Under the pieces are notes generated by a model. That model saw only the letters and a list, made by a program, of their open reading frames with translations. It was not told the origin of the DNA and searched no databases. A stretch of 64,000 nt of DNA from Azolla caroliniana (Eukaryota > Plantae > Polypodiophyta): contig JBHGNT010000011.1 in NCBI GenBank assembly GCA_043228905.1, positions 16,058,001 through 16,122,000 on the forward strand. The letters are read 5' to 3'. The translations under genes were made by a program, and so were the position numbers. Below, one piece after another: positions 59,832 to 64,000 of this stretch (the stretch's first letter is position 1; each line of letters begins with the position of its first letter).

Positions 59832-62800
59832 GAGTAAAATACGACGAAGGAAGCCGACTACAGAACGATGGCTGCAGAAACGTGGTGGAGCTTGTGCAGA
59901 AACGAGGGGGTACCTTCGACGGTTTGAGAGGGAGAGAGACAGAAAAACAGACAGACACAGAAGGAAAGAAAAGGAAAGGAAAGGAAAGGAAAGGGGAAGG
60001 AAGAGAAAGAAGAGTTAAGAATAGAAGTAGCAGCAGGCTGCAGCATCAGCAGTAAATAGAATAAGAATAAAAGCTTTTGTAAAACGTCTCTCCGGAAGAG
60101 AGAGATATATGGTTTCACACGTCTTTTTTGTCCGCCCAATCGCTCCCTCTCCGCCTCTCGCTTCTGTGTGTGTTGTTTCTCTTCTTTCCCTTTTTTTTGT
60201 GTTTCTTTTTTACTTGCATTATATGTACATACATGCTGTGATTGCTTTTTGATTTCTTCTTCTTTCGATTTCGAGCGGGAACACACGAAGTGTCTTTTTT
60301 TTCAAACAAACCCACTGTGCCTTTGGGCTCCCAATTTCTTATTTTCTGAACACACCCAACGTCCCCCCCCCCCCCCCCACGTGAGCAAAGCGATCTAATC
60401 TTACCTCGGGACACGCTCCGATTGAAGGTCCCACGAAAGGGGAAATGGGAGGGGCCGAGGGTGGCTTCATATTACACTAAGAGCACTCCACTTCCTTCAT
60501 ACCTAAACACATCACACCAACTTCCTTCTCGATGCGGCAGTGCCTCGTCCCACGTCAAAGTGAATATGAGTCGTAAGTCACATTGGGACGCAATGGTGCG
60601 AATTGTGTGCAAACATGCGATGGGCTCTTACCTAGCATGCACAGGTACATCTGTCGTGGCCCATTCTGTAGTTTGGTGCAACACATGCAATAGCGTGCTT
60701 GGTGCATGAGCCTTCATAGTTTGTGATACTTTTTGTTGGGGAGTTTATTGAGGCATATGAAGCAAGTGAAGTGCGTCCCATTTTCCCAACCATTTATGCT
60801 TTTATATTGCCCCCCTCCAAACTTCAAATATATTGTGCGTGTTTTGAGCTTTTGTATGACCTTGTCTAAGTAAATGCCAAATTGCAAGTGTGACACAACA
60901 AAGCTTGTGACCACAATTGCCACTCGGATTAATTGAGCCCCCTAAACTAGTAATGTCCACCTAATAGAGGATCACAAAAAGGAAGAGTTTATTAGTTGTT
61001 GTGCACATGCTCACGCAAACTATCCCACTACAAAGATATGAAGAAATTAGTTTGAAGATGGAATACATTAGGTTCTTCATCAAAGGAGTTTCTATATTTC
61101 TACACCTTAGAATTTGCTTTCCCACTTTGTTAATCCAAACATACCCCCAATCGCTTCTCTCGTAGTCACAATGTGCACTTGCACTAGCAATTTTCATTTG
61201 TAAATTTCTCAAACATTGAGATCCTAAATTCCACTCTAGTCCCATTAGTCACGTTTAATGTTTGATGATGATAATAAAAGCTATCTAACTACCGACCTAC
61301 TTGTCTAGCTCAAACCTACACATGAAGGTATAGGCTGATTTGTTTGAGAGTGGTAATCTAAGTAAACTTTGAGACAATTGTCTTGCTTGTTTCTTGTGAA
61401 GAGTCTAATCCAATACATTTGTTGTTATCTTAGATAATATTGTCTTTATAAATAGGGAAAGACAATGCATGAAATACATAAAAAACATTATGATCTATGC
61501 AAAAAGGTTATTGTTTTTTTTATGAAGGAACTTTCATTTCTATGAAAAAGTAAATACACGAAGTTTAGGATATACGATCACAGTAATTTCAAGGAAATGA
61601 CCATGGAAGTAGAAGTTAAAAAGCTGACCATGGGATTTATAAATGTATGTTCATATTTTTTAAACTTATTTCTTGTCTTTAATGTCATGGCAAATAAAGA
61701 GCTATGTAAACTTCATTGGTGCTATCATCTCTCTAAAAATATATGCATATATGGAAATCCTAGGAAAATGGACACAGTGGATGGCCCTAGTCTCCCCTAG
61801 AGTTAAACATGGATAACTTTACTCTTAACACTTGAACCTTATAGGGGGCAACACACAACCAGTACAATTATTGCTAGTTTCATTGGGTGTTGATGTCTAT
61901 AGGGAACTCATAATGTGGTTTAGATAATGAATTGAAACAAGGCTTGAAATAAACATAAGTGCCAACAAGATTTTTATTAGCAACACCTAGTTTACATTTG
62001 CATAGATATAAAGCTTCACCTTTCTTGTAGACTTGTGAAATATGCAATAACTGGTACCTTCAAAAGGCTTGTAGGATCGTTGTATTCTCTTAACGTATGT
62101 CACCTCTCCTCATAAATTCTTAAATTTAAGTAGCATACAATTATGAACAATAATTAGAATGCATGCTAAAGCACAAAACCAGATAATAAAATATCACAAT
62201 AAAATGTCGTTAATATAGAGAGAGAGCGATAGAGTGGAAGAGAGACATAATGTTTCAAATCAAGACAAATGCTAAATAAGAAGAGGTAAAAAAACTTGCA
62301 AGCTCCAAGATATTAAAGAATGCCAAGGAATTATAATCTTGCTAGTTTTTTTACCCATATTATAAATAAAGGTTTTGCTTTTTTATTGTTTATTCAAACT
62401 ATAAATGAAGGTTTTGCTTTTTGGCAATATTGTTTTTTCAGTAGCATTGCTTTCACTATACCCTTCGAGGAAGATATTTATGTTGCTCATGAGACCTATC
62501 AGATTTGAATGTCCTACAACAAAATAACGAGAACCACAAAAGCTGGCTAAAACTAAGAAGCTATAACTGCACTATTTTCACAGACAAGATTTTACTCTTC
62601 CTATTTCGAACCTCAAGGAAATGATTCCCCATCACGCAATCCTCGAAGCTCCCTAAATTAGAACCAAACAAAGGGACCCAAGAAAAATTCTCAAAGTCTT
62701 AGAGTGAAGGTATCACAATGTGATCCCACCTTCTCATTCACATGTGATATTTGAAAACTCCTCAATTACCACCCTCAAAAAGAATTACTGAGATCAGTTT

Positions 62801-63418
62801 ATTAATTTGGAACTTTTCATGAAGATTGAGTCTCCATGTGATGATCACATATACAAGATGTAATCCATGTCACATTTTTCTTGATCTATTATAACCCAAA
62901 ATGATAATATTTATTAATCGCAGTGAAAAAACTCACTTACAATAAAGCTTTCATAAAAACAAGCTCAAATCGTGACTGGAATGAAAATAAAAACTGACTT
63001 GAAAATTGCAGTAGAAATTATTGCATAAATGGTCATGTATAATACCTCAGGTTAAAATCACAGAAAAATTCCACAAAAATAACTGCTTGTACAATTTAGC
63101 CTTGTGCGTAAGGTAATCATTTGGAAGTAACAAGAATTTGATGGGTTCTTGAATGCAAATTTCAAGAAATATACCCTATTCTGTGAGAAGAAATTTTAAC
63201 TAGTTTCAGATTTGTGGTTTGCACTTCTCGTAAAAAATAAGAGTTCGAAACATAAAAGAATGCCAAAAAAAAATCCACCTTTCCAAATGCATAGAGCAAT
63301 TGATTTCATGTTCAATTGATTCTGTATGCAAGAAAAACAACTAGGTATCAGGGATATTGACCATAAAACTTCTGTTCAGAATACTAGTGTTGTATTCTGA
63401 CAATGATTCCTAAGCAGG

Positions 63419-63760
63419 GATCAAATTCTTGTAGTAATCTAGTTGAATCATAAGCAAAGGTAATATTCTGAATAATGATCAAATTCTTGTGGCAATTCTA
63501 GTCGAGATTCGAACCAGACGCAAAGATAATTCCTCCAAATAAAGACCAATTTCTTATTCTGATTTCGCGGAACCAGAAGCAAAGATAGTATCTGGGTAAA
63601 GATCAAACTTGTATAAGGATATAGTTGAGCCCAAAACAAAGATAATCTCCGAAAAGATAATGAACTGTCGTAAATTAGAGGAAACCAGATGCGAAAATAA
63701 TCACCGAAGAAATACCAAATTCATGATGTAAATTAGCTGAACCGTCAGCAAAATGATCTC
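63419..63760. repeat. Degenerate tandem array with a 55-67-bp unit, about 6 units
   Basis: Recurrent GATCAAA...AACCA..GCAAAGATAAT cores near 63419, 63477, 63544, 63601, 63656 and 63711. Confidence 0.65.
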
Positions 63761-64000
63761 TCTACCAACATAACAAAAAACAAGAGAGGTTATACTAGAT
63801 TAGTGCATCTCCATAAGCAGTTGATTATGACAGTGGCAGTATATTCATAGAAGCTCTCATACATTCTTCATAATCATCGGCTATATATCTATCAATTATC
63901 CCTTCCTTCTTCTTTCATCAGAATAAGAGTTATCTTATCACATCTATTCACGATAGAAAAATAACTCTTAAGATATGTGACTTCAAATACTGATTATTCG

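Overview
Eukaryotic (land-plant) nuclear DNA, not prokaryotic: spliced genes with GT-AG introns, microsatellites and decayed transposons. The PPR architecture and an unedited plastid fragment suggest a fern, but this is inference. Six protein-coding genes can be built by hand: CHIL (-), an intronless PLS-E PPR gene (+), a 23-exon F2KP-like gene (-), a 12-exon type II pantothenate kinase (+), a TBL O-acetyltransferase (+) and an HMGB (-). Between them lie three hAT-type MITEs, five 5'-truncated L1 LINE fragments, Copia and Gypsy remnants, a probable solo LTR carrying a tRNA-like cassette, a plastid atpA insertion and several tandem arrays. The most notable observations are: (1) the F2KP has an intact kinase domain but has lost the bisphosphatase catalytic residues (RHG>RPG, E>D), so it is a predicted kinase-only enzyme; (2) the PanK motifs look more like animal PANK1-3 than seed-plant PanK; (3) the CHIL start codon appears to be split by an intron (A^TG). 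Comparisons with reference proteins are from memory; no searches were run.
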